A program made the translations under genes and the position numbers. Under the pieces are notes generated by a model. That model was given only the letters and a program-made list of their open reading frames with translations, was not told where the DNA came from and ran no database searches. This document shows, piece after piece, positions 19,348 to 28,037 of a stretch of 32,000 bases of DNA. Positions within the stretch are counted from its first letter, which is position 1, and the number at the start of each line of letters is the position of its first letter. The DNA comes from Coprobacillaceae bacterium (GTDB lineage: Bacteria > Bacillota_I > Bacilli_A > Erysipelotrichales > Coprobacillaceae), in the NCBI GenBank assembly GCA_963675915.1, contig OY780959.1, positions 510,001-542,000 of the forward strand, written 5' to 3'.

Positions 19348-20007
19348 ATGAAAATTTATGCAATGAGCGATATCCATGGTTGTCTTCAAGCCTTTGAATA
19401 TTCATTATCGCTGGTTGATCTGACTGGAGATAATATTCTAATCCTTCTAGGGGATTATATTCATGGTCTGGATGATTATGGAGTGATCAAACGGATCATT
19501 GATTTGCAATTGAAATATGGTAATAAAAAAGTTGTTGCATTAATGGGAAACCATGAGGCAATGGCGCTTGATGGCAGTTGGCCAATTAATGGCGGTCATG
19601 AAAAGGATAATGATTCAACCCTCGAACATTATATGGATTGGATGGAATTATTACCAAGGTACTATACTACTCAAGATCAAATATTTGTCCATGCCGGTAT
19701 TGATGAAGAAGCTGGCGATATGTGGGAGCTGATGACGGATGATAATACATTCACTGCGAAGTTCCCGGTCCAAACAGGCAATTTCTATAAGGATATTGTC
19801 GCGGGCCATATTGGTACGAGCATAATTACTGATAATCCGGGATATCATGATATCTATTATGATGGAGAATCTCATTATTTTATTGATGGCAATGTGATTG
19901 AAAGTGGAAGTATCCCGGTGCTCATGGTGGATACCGATCAAAATAAATACTACCGGGTAACGGAAGATGGGCTTTGGTTGATTTTGTCATATGATGAAGA
20001 AAACTAA
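19348..20007 (+). CDS. Metallophosphoesterase (lambda-phosphatase / PrpA-like Ser/Thr phosphatase family)
   Basis: 219 aa with SDIHG, LGDYIHG, GNHE, VHAG and AGH motifs in the canonical order. Confidence 0.88.
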   Translation: MKIYAMSDIHGCLQAFEYSLSLVDLTGDNILILLGDYIHGLDDYGVIKRIIDLQLKYGNKKVVALMGNHEAMALDGSWPINGGHEKDNDSTLEHYMDWMELLPRYYTTQDQIFVHAGIDEEAGDMWELMTDDNTFTAKFPVQTGNFYKDIVAGHIGTSIITDNPGYHDIYYDGESHYFIDGNVIESGSIPVLMVDTDQNKYYRVTEDGLWLILSYDEEN

Positions 20008-20036
20008 TTTAAAAACAAATAACAGGGGGATAATAT

Positions 20037-20519
20037 ATGTTTATTGATTTTGACTTGGATGAAGTAATTGAAATTTTGACTGCCAAGGGAATTAATTGCG
20101 AAGAAATCACAAAAAGTAAGTTGGAAAAACTAATACCTACCTCAATTGACAGGGAGACATTAAGAAAATTTTATGATGAAACCGGCTTGACAGTCGGACA
20201 CTATTTCGATGATCAAGAAAATGAAAGAACATTGTTTTTTGACAGATGCGGGGCTTTTCCATTATATGATTATGGAAGCGGCGGTTATTTGTATGCATCA
20301 GGTGAATACGCAAAGAATGATGGCAATTTAGGATTAACTCATGATGTTATCATTGAGGAAGAAGTTCAACTTATCAGTCAAACCGAAGATGGAAAGAATT
20401 ATATTATTGTGCCAACTGATTATCAATTAGAACTAGAAAATGATAATATTGTATGTTCTAATTTAGAAATTAATCCAGAGTCAGAAAATAATATCATAAT
20501 TATGCCTATATACATCTAA
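20037..20519 (+). CDS. Hypothetical acidic protein
   Basis: 160 aa with an AGGGGGA RBS, 29 nt after the phosphatase stop. I recognise no family. Confidence 0.6.
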   Translation: MFIDFDLDEVIEILTAKGINCEEITKSKLEKLIPTSIDRETLRKFYDETGLTVGHYFDDQENERTLFFDRCGAFPLYDYGSGGYLYASGEYAKNDGNLGLTHDVIIEEEVQLISQTEDGKNYIIVPTDYQLELENDNIVCSNLEINPESENNIIIMPIYI

Positions 20520-20613
20520 CTGGAGCACAATTTTTTGTTCACTGATAAGAATCGTTTGTAAGTATAAAAATTTATATTTAAATATTATTATTGCAATTGT
20601 AGGGGGAAATAAT

Positions 20614-21369
20614 ATGGAAATAATGACGTTTAACATTAACAAATATAGAAATTATAAAGATAAGGATTTGGGCATAAAAGAGATTGTAGGTTATATTGCA
20701 GAATTTATTGATAATAATGATGATAACATAGCACTAATTCAGGAATTGCCCTATGCTAATGGTGATGAAACTTTGTACAAAAAGACAGTGAAATTAGCGG
20801 AGGAAAAGCATTGTAAAATAATTATTCCACCTAATTTTCCAAAAAAGGCGAACTCAGTGGTTTGCGCAATGTTAAAATATGACAATAATAAATGGGAATT
20901 AGATAAGCAACGCATTATTGCTGATTTGGATTCGGAAGATTACTCAAATCACTTTATAGAACTTGAATACAAAAATAATGAAGAAACTGAAATAAAATTG
21001 ATGGGAATTCACATGCCTTTGCCTCAAGAAGAAGAAGGCAAAACACAATGTAAATTAATATGGCATAAAATCATCGAAAAATCTAAGGATCTGAAAAAAG
21101 ATAGGATACCATTTATAATCGCTGGAGATTTTAACGCACATAGACATTCTCATAGAGAGTCAACATATGAAAAATATCTGAGCAGGTTTGACGGATATTT
21201 TGATTGTGTCCACGATGAAACGATAACATTATTTGGCCCACAAACAACTGTTGATCATGTCTTTTGTCCAAGTTTCATTGATGCGTACATGAAGTCTGCC
21301 GAAATAAAACGATTTTCAGATCATGCACCAATAATTATTAAAATACGGTCTTTGGATACAACGTCGTGA
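20614..21369 (+). CDS. Endonuclease/exonuclease/phosphatase (EEP) family protein
   Basis: 251 aa with IQELPY, IAGDFNAH, VDHVF and SDHAPI motifs. No signal peptide. Confidence 0.85.
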   Translation: MEIMTFNINKYRNYKDKDLGIKEIVGYIAEFIDNNDDNIALIQELPYANGDETLYKKTVKLAEEKHCKIIIPPNFPKKANSVVCAMLKYDNNKWELDKQRIIADLDSEDYSNHFIELEYKNNEETEIKLMGIHMPLPQEEEGKTQCKLIWHKIIEKSKDLKKDRIPFIIAGDFNAHRHSHRESTYEKYLSRFDGYFDCVHDETITLFGPQTTVDHVFCPSFIDAYMKSAEIKRFSDHAPIIIKIRSLDTTS

Positions 21370-21498
21370 AAATAGTTCATTAATACAGAATATTTTTGAA
21401 ATTAAGCAATAGTAATAAACTTAATTTATTCAACGATTTTATATTAATATGTAGATAATAAACTGATTGTTGGTGTAATGTCTAATCTTATAGTCTTC

Positions 21499-21520
21499 AA
21501 ATTGAATTGACTCCTTTATT
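21499..21520. repeat. ISL3-element terminal inverted repeat (transposase-distal end)
   Basis: 22/22 complementary to 28699-28720. Confidence 0.85.
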
Positions 21521-21630
21521 AGTTGATTAAATAAAGGGGTACTCTAAAATAACTTGAGGTAGCACTTGTTATAAGCAATAGAATTATTTGATGTGCTTAC
21601 TACCTCATGAATGATTAGAGCCACAATAGG

Positions 21631-21665
21631 GTGACTGGAAATCTTATGATTTCCAGTCACTTTTT
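21631..21665 (+). terminator. Strong intrinsic terminator on + strand inside the ISL3 end
   Basis: 13-bp perfect stem, GTGACTGGAAATC with GATTTCCAGTCAC, a TTAT loop, then T5. Confidence 0.6.
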
Positions 21666-21749
21666 CATTTTGTCGAGGGGTAGATATAGTAATTCACATC
21701 ATCGTTCAAGACATATAGCACCCTGCTTCGGAATCTTTCCCAGTTATTA
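21665..21749 (-). pseudogene. Detached 3' end of the ISL3 transposase gene
   Basis: The minus strand reads ..TGG GAA AGA TTC CGA AGC AGG GTG.. (WERFRSRVLYVLNDDVNYYIYPSTK, then stop). This continues the frame of 26628-27969 exactly once the IS66 DNA and one TSD copy are removed. Confidence 0.85.
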
Positions 21750-21750
21750 G
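21742..21750. repeat. Overlapping IS66 target duplications (AGTTATTA 21742-21749; GTTATTAG 21743-21750)
   Basis: AGTTATTA recurs at 26628-26635. GTTATTAG recurs at 24186-24193. Confidence 0.8.
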
Positions 21751-21834
21751 GTAAGCGTCAAATAGATGACACGTTTTAAAATTTAGTGCCTCGGGTTATA
21801 ATTTCGTTGTAAGTTATAACAGGAGGTACTTTTT

Positions 21835-22128
21835 ATGAATGCTCAAGAGCGTTATGATTATTGGAATGGTCTAGTTAAAAATTGGCGGATTTCCGGGAAA
21901 TCCATTAGCCGTTGGTGCATGGAAAATGGGATCAACAAGAATTCGTTTTATAAATGGCGTAAGATCATTGATACTGATGAACTCAGCCAACCGGTTAAGT
22001 CTGATGGCCGTTTCTTCGCCCCGGTATTGATTGACAATCCCACCAGGAAGATTACAATCACTGTCAACGATGTGGAACTGACATTTGATGAGTCTCTGCT
22101 TTGTAAAGTGATTGGGGCTATCAAATGA
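21835..22128 (+). CDS. tnpA: IS66-family accessory protein TnpA (Orf1)
   Basis: 97 aa with an HTH-like N-terminus. AGGAGG RBS. Its stop overlaps the tnpB start (ATGA). Confidence 0.85.
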   Translation: MNAQERYDYWNGLVKNWRISGKSISRWCMENGINKNSFYKWRKIIDTDELSQPVKSDGRFFAPVLIDNPTRKITITVNDVELTFDESLLCKVIGAIK

Positions 22129-22484
22129 TTATCAACACTGATGATGTCAAACATATTTATCTTGCCACTGGACATGTCGACATGCGCAAGTCAATCGATG
22201 GTTTGTCTTTGATAGTGGCCATGGAGTTTGATTTGGATGTGATGAACGGCAGCTTGTTCATTTTTGTCAACCGGGCTCGCAACAGGATGAAGATTCTTTA
22301 TTACGAAAATGGTGGGTTTTGGCTGTTTCTCAAACGGCTTGAAAGCGGAAAGTTCAAGGTTCGTGAAGATGAGAATTCAAACACCAGAGTCATTGATGAA
22401 AGACAGTTTCGCTGGTTGCTCGAGGGCCTTGAAATCGATCAAAAATATGCATTTAAAAACATGGAAAATCGGCTTATTATCTAG
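22125..22484 (+). CDS. tnpB: IS66-family Orf2 protein TnpB
   Basis: 119 aa. IYLATGHVDMRKSIDGL and RMKILYYENGGFWLFLKRLE are typical IS66 Orf2 signatures. Confidence 0.9.
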   Translation: MIINTDDVKHIYLATGHVDMRKSIDGLSLIVAMEFDLDVMNGSLFIFVNRARNRMKILYYENGGFWLFLKRLESGKFKVREDENSNTRVIDERQFRWLLEGLEIDQKYAFKNMENRLII

Positions 22485-22510
22485 TAACTTGGCCGATTTT
22501 TTGGTATAAT
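22466..22510 (+). promoter_or_regulatory. Hairpin with T-run followed by extended -10 immediately upstream of tnpC
   Basis: AAAATCGGC (22466-22474) pairs with GCCGATTTT (22493-22501), followed by a T-run. TGgTATAAT lies at 22502-22510, with 6 nt between the -10 and ATG 22517. There is no SD. Confidence 0.35.
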
Positions 22511-22516
22511 CTAGAT

Positions 22517-24088
22517 ATGAAAAATACCGTTAATATCAAGAAAATGTCACGTGAGGAATTAGAAAAATCCTACATGGCTTTACATACAAAAGTAGAACAA
22601 TTATCTCAAGAGAACAGCTGGTACAAGGAACAGGTCAGACTGCAGCAGAAGAAATTGTTTGGTCAATCGTCTGAAAAAGTTCATGTTGATCAGTTGTCTT
22701 TGTTTGATGAGATTGAATTTGAATCAACACCGATCAATGATGAATCAAATATCACCGAAGTAAAATCTCATAAGCGCAAAAAGAAATCAAGAATTATGGA
22801 TTTGGATTCCTTGAAGAACACTACGATTGATTATGTTTTGAGTGCTGATGAAAAGGTTTGTCCTAAATGCAATCATGAATTGCATGAGATGTCGAAAAAA
22901 GTTCGCAAAGAACTTATTTTCGTTCCTGCCAAAGTGGAAGTGATTAATCATGTCGAACACATCTACAGCTGCCGCAATTGCGAGAAGAACGACATCGAAG
23001 CAACCATTATCAAAGCTAATGGACCAACGCCATTGATCAGCGGTAGCATTGCTTCAGCTTCACTGGTGGCAAATATCATCAATGACAAGTATGTCAAATC
23101 GTTGCCGTTATACCGTCAGGAAGTTTCCTATCAAAGAATGAGGATCAATCTGAATCGTCAGAACATGTCAAACTGGCTGATCAGGGTATCAAATAACTAC
23201 TTCAAACCATTGATTGACTACATGTATAAACAGCTGATGAAGGCCCAGTATATCAATGCCGATGAGACCAGCGTCCAAGTGCTACATGAACCAGGTAAAG
23301 CGGCATCATCGAAATCATACATGTGGGTCTATATGACTGGCAGAAGCGAAGCCAATCAATACGTACTGTTTAACTACGAGCCAAGCCGCGCCCATAAGCA
23401 CGCCGTTAATTACCTTGAAGATTTCAAAGGAGTTTTGATATCAGACGGTTACCAGGCATATGACAAAGTCGAAGGTGTAACTCAGGCAGGTTGTTGGGCT
23501 CATGCTAGAAGGAAATTCAAAGAAGCTTTGGATCTGGTTCCTAAAAATGTCAATCTTGAGTCTACCGAGACATATAAATGTTTCGCAATGATCAACGAGC
23601 TGTTCGCCATAGAGAGAAAGCACAAAGATTGCGATTATGACAAACTGACCAAAATTCGGCAGGAAAAGTCATTGAAGAAAGTGAATGAATTCTTCAAAAA
23701 AATCCATGAACTTAAAAAGGTTGCTCTACCTAAATCTCATTTAGGCGAAGCAATCAACTATGCTTACAATCAAGAATCAAAGTTGAGAACATATATTAGT
23801 GATGGGAGAATAGATATCAGCAACAATGCAGCTGAAAACATCATCAGACCGTTCACTGTCGGCCGCAAGAATTGGCTGTTTATGAATACAGTTAAAGGTG
23901 CCAATAGCAGTTCCTACATTTACAGCTTGGTTGAGTCAGCCAAAATGAACAATCTCAAACCATATGATTATTTCCAGTATATCCTAGACCGTTTGCCGGA
24001 TCTGGATATAACTGATGAAAAATCATTGGAAACAGTAATGCCGTGGGCAAAACTGCCAAAAGAACTGTATATCACTAAAAAATCATAG
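22517..24088 (+). CDS. tnpC: IS66-family DDE transposase TnpC
   Basis: 523 aa. N-terminal coiled-coil/leucine-zipper region, zinc finger CPKC...CRNC, and a DDE region (INADETSVQVL, ISDGYQAY, NAAENIIRP). Confidence 0.92.
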   Translation: MKNTVNIKKMSREELEKSYMALHTKVEQLSQENSWYKEQVRLQQKKLFGQSSEKVHVDQLSLFDEIEFESTPINDESNITEVKSHKRKKKSRIMDLDSLKNTTIDYVLSADEKVCPKCNHELHEMSKKVRKELIFVPAKVEVINHVEHIYSCRNCEKNDIEATIIKANGPTPLISGSIASASLVANIINDKYVKSLPLYRQEVSYQRMRINLNRQNMSNWLIRVSNNYFKPLIDYMYKQLMKAQYINADETSVQVLHEPGKAASSKSYMWVYMTGRSEANQYVLFNYEPSRAHKHAVNYLEDFKGVLISDGYQAYDKVEGVTQAGCWAHARRKFKEALDLVPKNVNLESTETYKCFAMINELFAIERKHKDCDYDKLTKIRQEKSLKKVNEFFKKIHELKKVALPKSHLGEAINYAYNQESKLRTYISDGRIDISNNAAENIIRPFTVGRKNWLFMNTVKGANSSSYIYSLVESAKMNNLKPYDYFQYILDRLPDLDITDEKSLETVMPWAKLPKELYITKKS

Positions 24089-24185
24089 AAATATGATCTT
24101 TTAGTGCATCAACGTAAATATCCAACTGAGCCCATTATACACTGGGGCTCTTTTCATTTGTAGGTGCCTTCTATTTGACGCTTAC

Positions 24186-24193
24186 GTTATTAG
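24186..24193. repeat. GTTATTAG junction between IS66 copies (last G is also first base of copy 2)
   Basis: Same 8-mer as 21743-21750. Only 7 bp separate CTTAC of copy 1 from GTAAGCG of copy 2. Confidence 0.8.
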
Positions 24194-24276
24194 TAAGCGT
24201 CAAATAGATGACACGTTTTAAAATTTAGTGCCTCGGGTTATAATTTCGTTGTAAGTTATAACAGGAGGTACTTTTT

Positions 24277-24570
24277 ATGAATGCTCAAGAGCGTTATGAT
24301 TATTGGAATGGTCTAGTTAAAAATTGGCGGATTTCCGGGAAATCCATTAGCCGTTGGTGCATGGAAAATGGGATCAACAAGAATTCGTTTTATAAATGGC
24401 GTAAGATCATTGATACTGATGAACTCAGCCAACCGGTTAAGTCTGATGGCCGTTTCTTCGCCCCGGTATTGATTGACAATCCCACCAGGAAGATTACAAT
24501 CACTGTCAACGATGTGGAACTGACATTTGATGAGTCTCTGCTTTGTAAAGTGATTGGGGCTATCAAATGA
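24277..24570 (+). CDS. tnpA: IS66-family accessory protein TnpA (copy 2)
   Basis: Identical translation to 21835-22128. Confidence 0.85.
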   Translation: MNAQERYDYWNGLVKNWRISGKSISRWCMENGINKNSFYKWRKIIDTDELSQPVKSDGRFFAPVLIDNPTRKITITVNDVELTFDESLLCKVIGAIK

Positions 24571-24926
24571 TTATCAACACTGATGATGTCAAACATATTT
24601 ATCTTGCCACTGGACATGTCGACATGCGCAAGTCAATCGATGGTTTGTCTTTGATAGTGGCCATGGAGTTTGATTTGGATGTGATGAACGGCAGCTTGTT
24701 CATTTTTGTCAACCGGGCTCGCAACAGGATGAAGATTCTTTATTACGAAAATGGTGGGTTTTGGCTGTTTCTCAAACGGCTTGAAAGCGGAAAGTTCAAG
24801 GTTCGTGAAGATGAGAATTCAAACACCAGAGTCATTGATGAAAGACAGTTTCGCTGGTTGCTCGAGGGCCTTGAAATCGATCAAAAATATGCATTTAAAA
24901 ACATGGAAAATCGGCTTATTATCTAG
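24567..24926 (+). CDS. tnpB: IS66-family Orf2 protein TnpB (copy 2)
   Basis: Identical translation to 22125-22484. Confidence 0.9.
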   Translation: MIINTDDVKHIYLATGHVDMRKSIDGLSLIVAMEFDLDVMNGSLFIFVNRARNRMKILYYENGGFWLFLKRLESGKFKVREDENSNTRVIDERQFRWLLEGLEIDQKYAFKNMENRLII

Positions 24927-24958
24927 TAACTTGGCCGATTTTTTGGTATAATCTAGAT

Positions 24959-26530
24959 ATGAAAAATACCGTTAATATCAAGAAAATGTCACGTGAGGAA
25001 TTAGAAAAATCCTACATGGCTTTACATACAAAAGTAGAACAATTATCTCAAGAGAACAGCTGGTACAAGGAACAGGTCAGACTGCAGCAGAAGAAATTGT
25101 TTGGTCAATCGTCTGAAAAAGTTCATGTTGATCAGTTGTCTTTGTTTGATGAGATTGAATTTGAATCAACACCGATCAATGATGAATCAAATATCACCGA
25201 AGTAAAATCTCATAAGCGCAAAAAGAAATCAAGAATTATGGATTTGGATTCCTTGAAGAACACTACGATTGATTATGTTTTGAGTGCTGATGAAAAGGTT
25301 TGTCCTAAATGCAATCATGAATTGCATGAGATGTCGAAAAAAGTTCGCAAAGAACTTATTTTCGTTCCTGCCAAAGTGGAAGTGATTAATCATGTCGAAC
25401 ACATCTACAGCTGCCGCAATTGCGAGAAGAACGACATCGAAGCAACCATTATCAAAGCTAATGGACCAACGCCATTGATCAGCGGTAGCATTGCTTCAGC
25501 TTCACTGGTGGCAAATATCATCAATGACAAGTATGTCAAATCGTTGCCGTTATACCGTCAGGAAGTTTCCTATCAAAGAATGAGGATCAATCTGAATCGT
25601 CAGAACATGTCAAACTGGCTGATCAGGGTATCAAATAACTACTTCAAACCATTGATTGACTACATGTATAAACAGCTGATGAAGGCCCAGTATATCAATG
25701 CCGATGAGACCAGCGTCCAAGTGCTACATGAACCAGGTAAAGCGGCATCATCGAAATCATACATGTGGGTCTATATGACTGGCAGAAGCGAAGCCAATCA
25801 ATACGTACTGTTTAACTACGAGCCAAGCCGCGCCCATAAGCACGCCGTTAATTACCTTGAAGATTTCAAAGGAGTTTTGATATCAGACGGTTACCAGGCA
25901 TATGACAAAGTCGAAGGTGTAACTCAGGCAGGTTGTTGGGCTCATGCTAGAAGGAAATTCAAAGAAGCTTTGGATCTGGTTCCTAAAAATGTCAATCTTG
26001 AGTCTACCGAGACATATAAATGTTTCGCAATGATCAACGAGCTGTTCGCCATAGAGAGAAAGCACAAAGATTGCGATTATGACAAACTGACCAAAATTCG
26101 GCAGGAAAAGTCATTGAAGAAAGTGAATGAATTCTTCAAAAAAATCCATGAACTTAAAAAGGTTGCTCTACCTAAATCTCATTTAGGCGAAGCAATCAAC
26201 TATGCTTACAATCAAGAATCAAAGTTGAGAACATATATTAGTGATGGGAGAATAGATATCAGCAACAATGCAGCTGAAAACATCATCAGACCGTTCACTG
26301 TCGGCCGCAAGAATTGGCTGTTTATGAATACAGTTAAAGGTGCCAATAGCAGTTCCTACATTTACAGCTTGGTTGAGTCAGCCAAAATGAACAATCTCAA
26401 ACCATATGATTATTTCCAGTATATCCTAGACCGTTTGCCGGATCTGGATATAACTGATGAAAAATCATTGGAAACAGTAATGCCGTGGGCAAAACTGCCA
26501 AAAGAACTGTATATCACTAAAAAATCATAG
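24959..26530 (+). CDS. tnpC: IS66-family DDE transposase TnpC (copy 2)
   Basis: Identical translation to 22517-24088. Confidence 0.92.
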   Translation: MKNTVNIKKMSREELEKSYMALHTKVEQLSQENSWYKEQVRLQQKKLFGQSSEKVHVDQLSLFDEIEFESTPINDESNITEVKSHKRKKKSRIMDLDSLKNTTIDYVLSADEKVCPKCNHELHEMSKKVRKELIFVPAKVEVINHVEHIYSCRNCEKNDIEATIIKANGPTPLISGSIASASLVANIINDKYVKSLPLYRQEVSYQRMRINLNRQNMSNWLIRVSNNYFKPLIDYMYKQLMKAQYINADETSVQVLHEPGKAASSKSYMWVYMTGRSEANQYVLFNYEPSRAHKHAVNYLEDFKGVLISDGYQAYDKVEGVTQAGCWAHARRKFKEALDLVPKNVNLESTETYKCFAMINELFAIERKHKDCDYDKLTKIRQEKSLKKVNEFFKKIHELKKVALPKSHLGEAINYAYNQESKLRTYISDGRIDISNNAAENIIRPFTVGRKNWLFMNTVKGANSSSYIYSLVESAKMNNLKPYDYFQYILDRLPDLDITDEKSLETVMPWAKLPKELYITKKS

Positions 26531-26595
26531 AAATATGATCTTTTAGTGCATCAACGTAAATATCCAACTGAGCCCATTATACACTGGGGCTCTTT

Positions 26596-27969
26596 TCATT
26601 TGTAGGTGCCTTCTATTTGACGCTTACAGTTATTATAGCCATTGGCGTTTCGTTTGATGCTTTTTATGGTTTTGTTTCTGTTTTCGATTATTCCATTATT
26701 GATTTTATGACCTTTGGTTATTTCGATGAACGAATTGATTATTTCGTTCTTCCACCTAACCATCGTATTAGCGAAATCGTTCATTCCTTTTACATTGCTT
26801 TTTCTAAATTCGTCAATTATTTCCTCAAGGTTCCGTTTCGCTGTTTTATAATTGCTCTTTTTAAAGAATCTTATTACTTCATCTTTTAAATCTACAGCTT
26901 CTTCGAGTTGTGGGTCGATTTTCATTATGTAGTCAAGAAGATCATAGGGATTGTAATAACCTTCAAGCACTCTATTGTATTTCTTTTTGACGTTCGGATC
27001 GAATATCTTTGGATCATTCTTGTAAAGAAGCCAATTGAATTTTTTGAGCACATAATATTGCTTCTTACGTTCTTTGATTTCTACAATCTCTTTTGGGGTG
27101 AGATTCTCCTTAATTAGATTTGGTGGAACTTTGACCTTGTTCATAACATCGATTCTAACTCTGTCAACCTTCTTGGTAAGCTCCTGGATTACATGAAACT
27201 TGTCACAGGCCACAACGGCATTTGGGAATACACGCTTGCTTACGATTCGATAAGTTTCCCACATATCAGTTGATACGACTTTAACTATTTCCCGTTCTTT
27301 CCTGGGAATCAGGGTGAAGTAGTTAAGCAAACTGTATTTTTTTCGATCTGGCAACAGATCAATTATTTTCTGGTTTTGATAATCAAGCAGCACGCAAACA
27401 TAGTTGCTTCTTTTCGATTTGAAGGCATAAACTTCATCAATGCAGATATACTCCGGCAGCGTTCTTCTTGATACTCTTACATGCTTGTCAAATATCGAAG
27501 CAACTGTGGTGGGCGATATGTTGTGACGATAAGCAACGCTCTTGAATGTTTCATTAAACGATTTCAAATCCTTCAGGACATTATATACGGTCGCCAAAGA
27601 GATTTTCATACCTTTGAGGGTGAACGGATTGTGTTCATAGAATGTTTTGTTGCAGGCGGGGCATTTGTGCCTGCGGGCATGGTAGTTGATATAGCAAGGA
27701 ATACCATTTAGGATAGAGTGGGTTATTTTCTTGTTAACGTAGTTATTGACGATGGTGGTCTCGGTTCCGCAGACCGGGCATATGTGGGGGACACATTCAA
27801 GTTCAACATACACATGAACACCATCAAACTGATGATTGACATGGATTTTCTTAATCCGTTTGTCTTCAAGATTGAATAGTTTTCTAATATAAATGTCATC
27901 AATAGACGCACCCGTGTTAGGATTCGTCGCCAAACACGTAGAAAGATTAGACTTATTATTCGATTCCAT
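26596..27969 (-). pseudogene. ISL3-family transposase, 3'-disrupted by IS66 insertion
   Basis: zf-ISL3-like CPVCG...CPACN N-terminus, with DDE-region motifs VSTDMWETY, DKFHVIQ and NGIIENRNKTIK. The native sequence ends at 26628. The last 10 codons (CKRQIEGTYK, then stop) are read from the IS66 right inverted repeat. Confidence 0.88.
26628..26635. repeat. AGTTATTA target duplication at the right end of IS66 copy 2
   Basis: Identical to 21742-21749. Confidence 0.8.
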
Positions 27970-28037
27970 ACGTTTTCCTCCTAAAATTCATTTTACAAGT
28001 AGATTGTACAAATAAACCCGGTTTAATCGTATGAAAG

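Larger units (their letters stand above)
21751..24185 (+). mobile_element. IS66-family insertion sequence, copy 1 (2435 bp)
   Basis: Begins GTAAGCGTCAAATAGA and ends TCTATTTGACGCTTAC. The IRs match perfectly over 16 bp and at 20/23 overall. It carries the tnpA-tnpB-tnpC trio. Confidence 0.92.
24193..26627 (+). mobile_element. IS66-family insertion sequence, copy 2 (2435 bp)
   Basis: Offset by exactly 2442 bp from copy 1. All ORF translations, including the antisense shadow ORFs, are identical between copies. Confidence 0.92.

Noticed and set aside
21615-21621. GGCTCT (minus strand), considered as the canonical ISL3-family IR terminus 44 bp after the transposase stop
   Set aside because: The orientation is wrong for a terminal repeat because it points outward on the coding strand. 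No partner exists at the other end, and the perfect 22-bp repeat at 21499/28699 is the better boundary.
21948-22509. Antisense (21948-22175) and alternative-frame (22309-22509) ORFs within IS66 tnpA/tnpB, and their duplicates in copy 2
   Set aside because: They overlap recognised IS66 genes and lack RBSs. They are duplicated only because the DNA is duplicated.
21751-26627. Simple tandem duplication, or unequal crossover between target duplications, as the origin of the IS66 pair
   Set aside because: The period is 2442 bp (IS plus 7), not IS plus 8. Sequence identity stops exactly at the IS termini: 24186-24192 is GTTATTA and 26628-26634 is AGTTATT. Assembly error cannot be excluded from the sequence alone.
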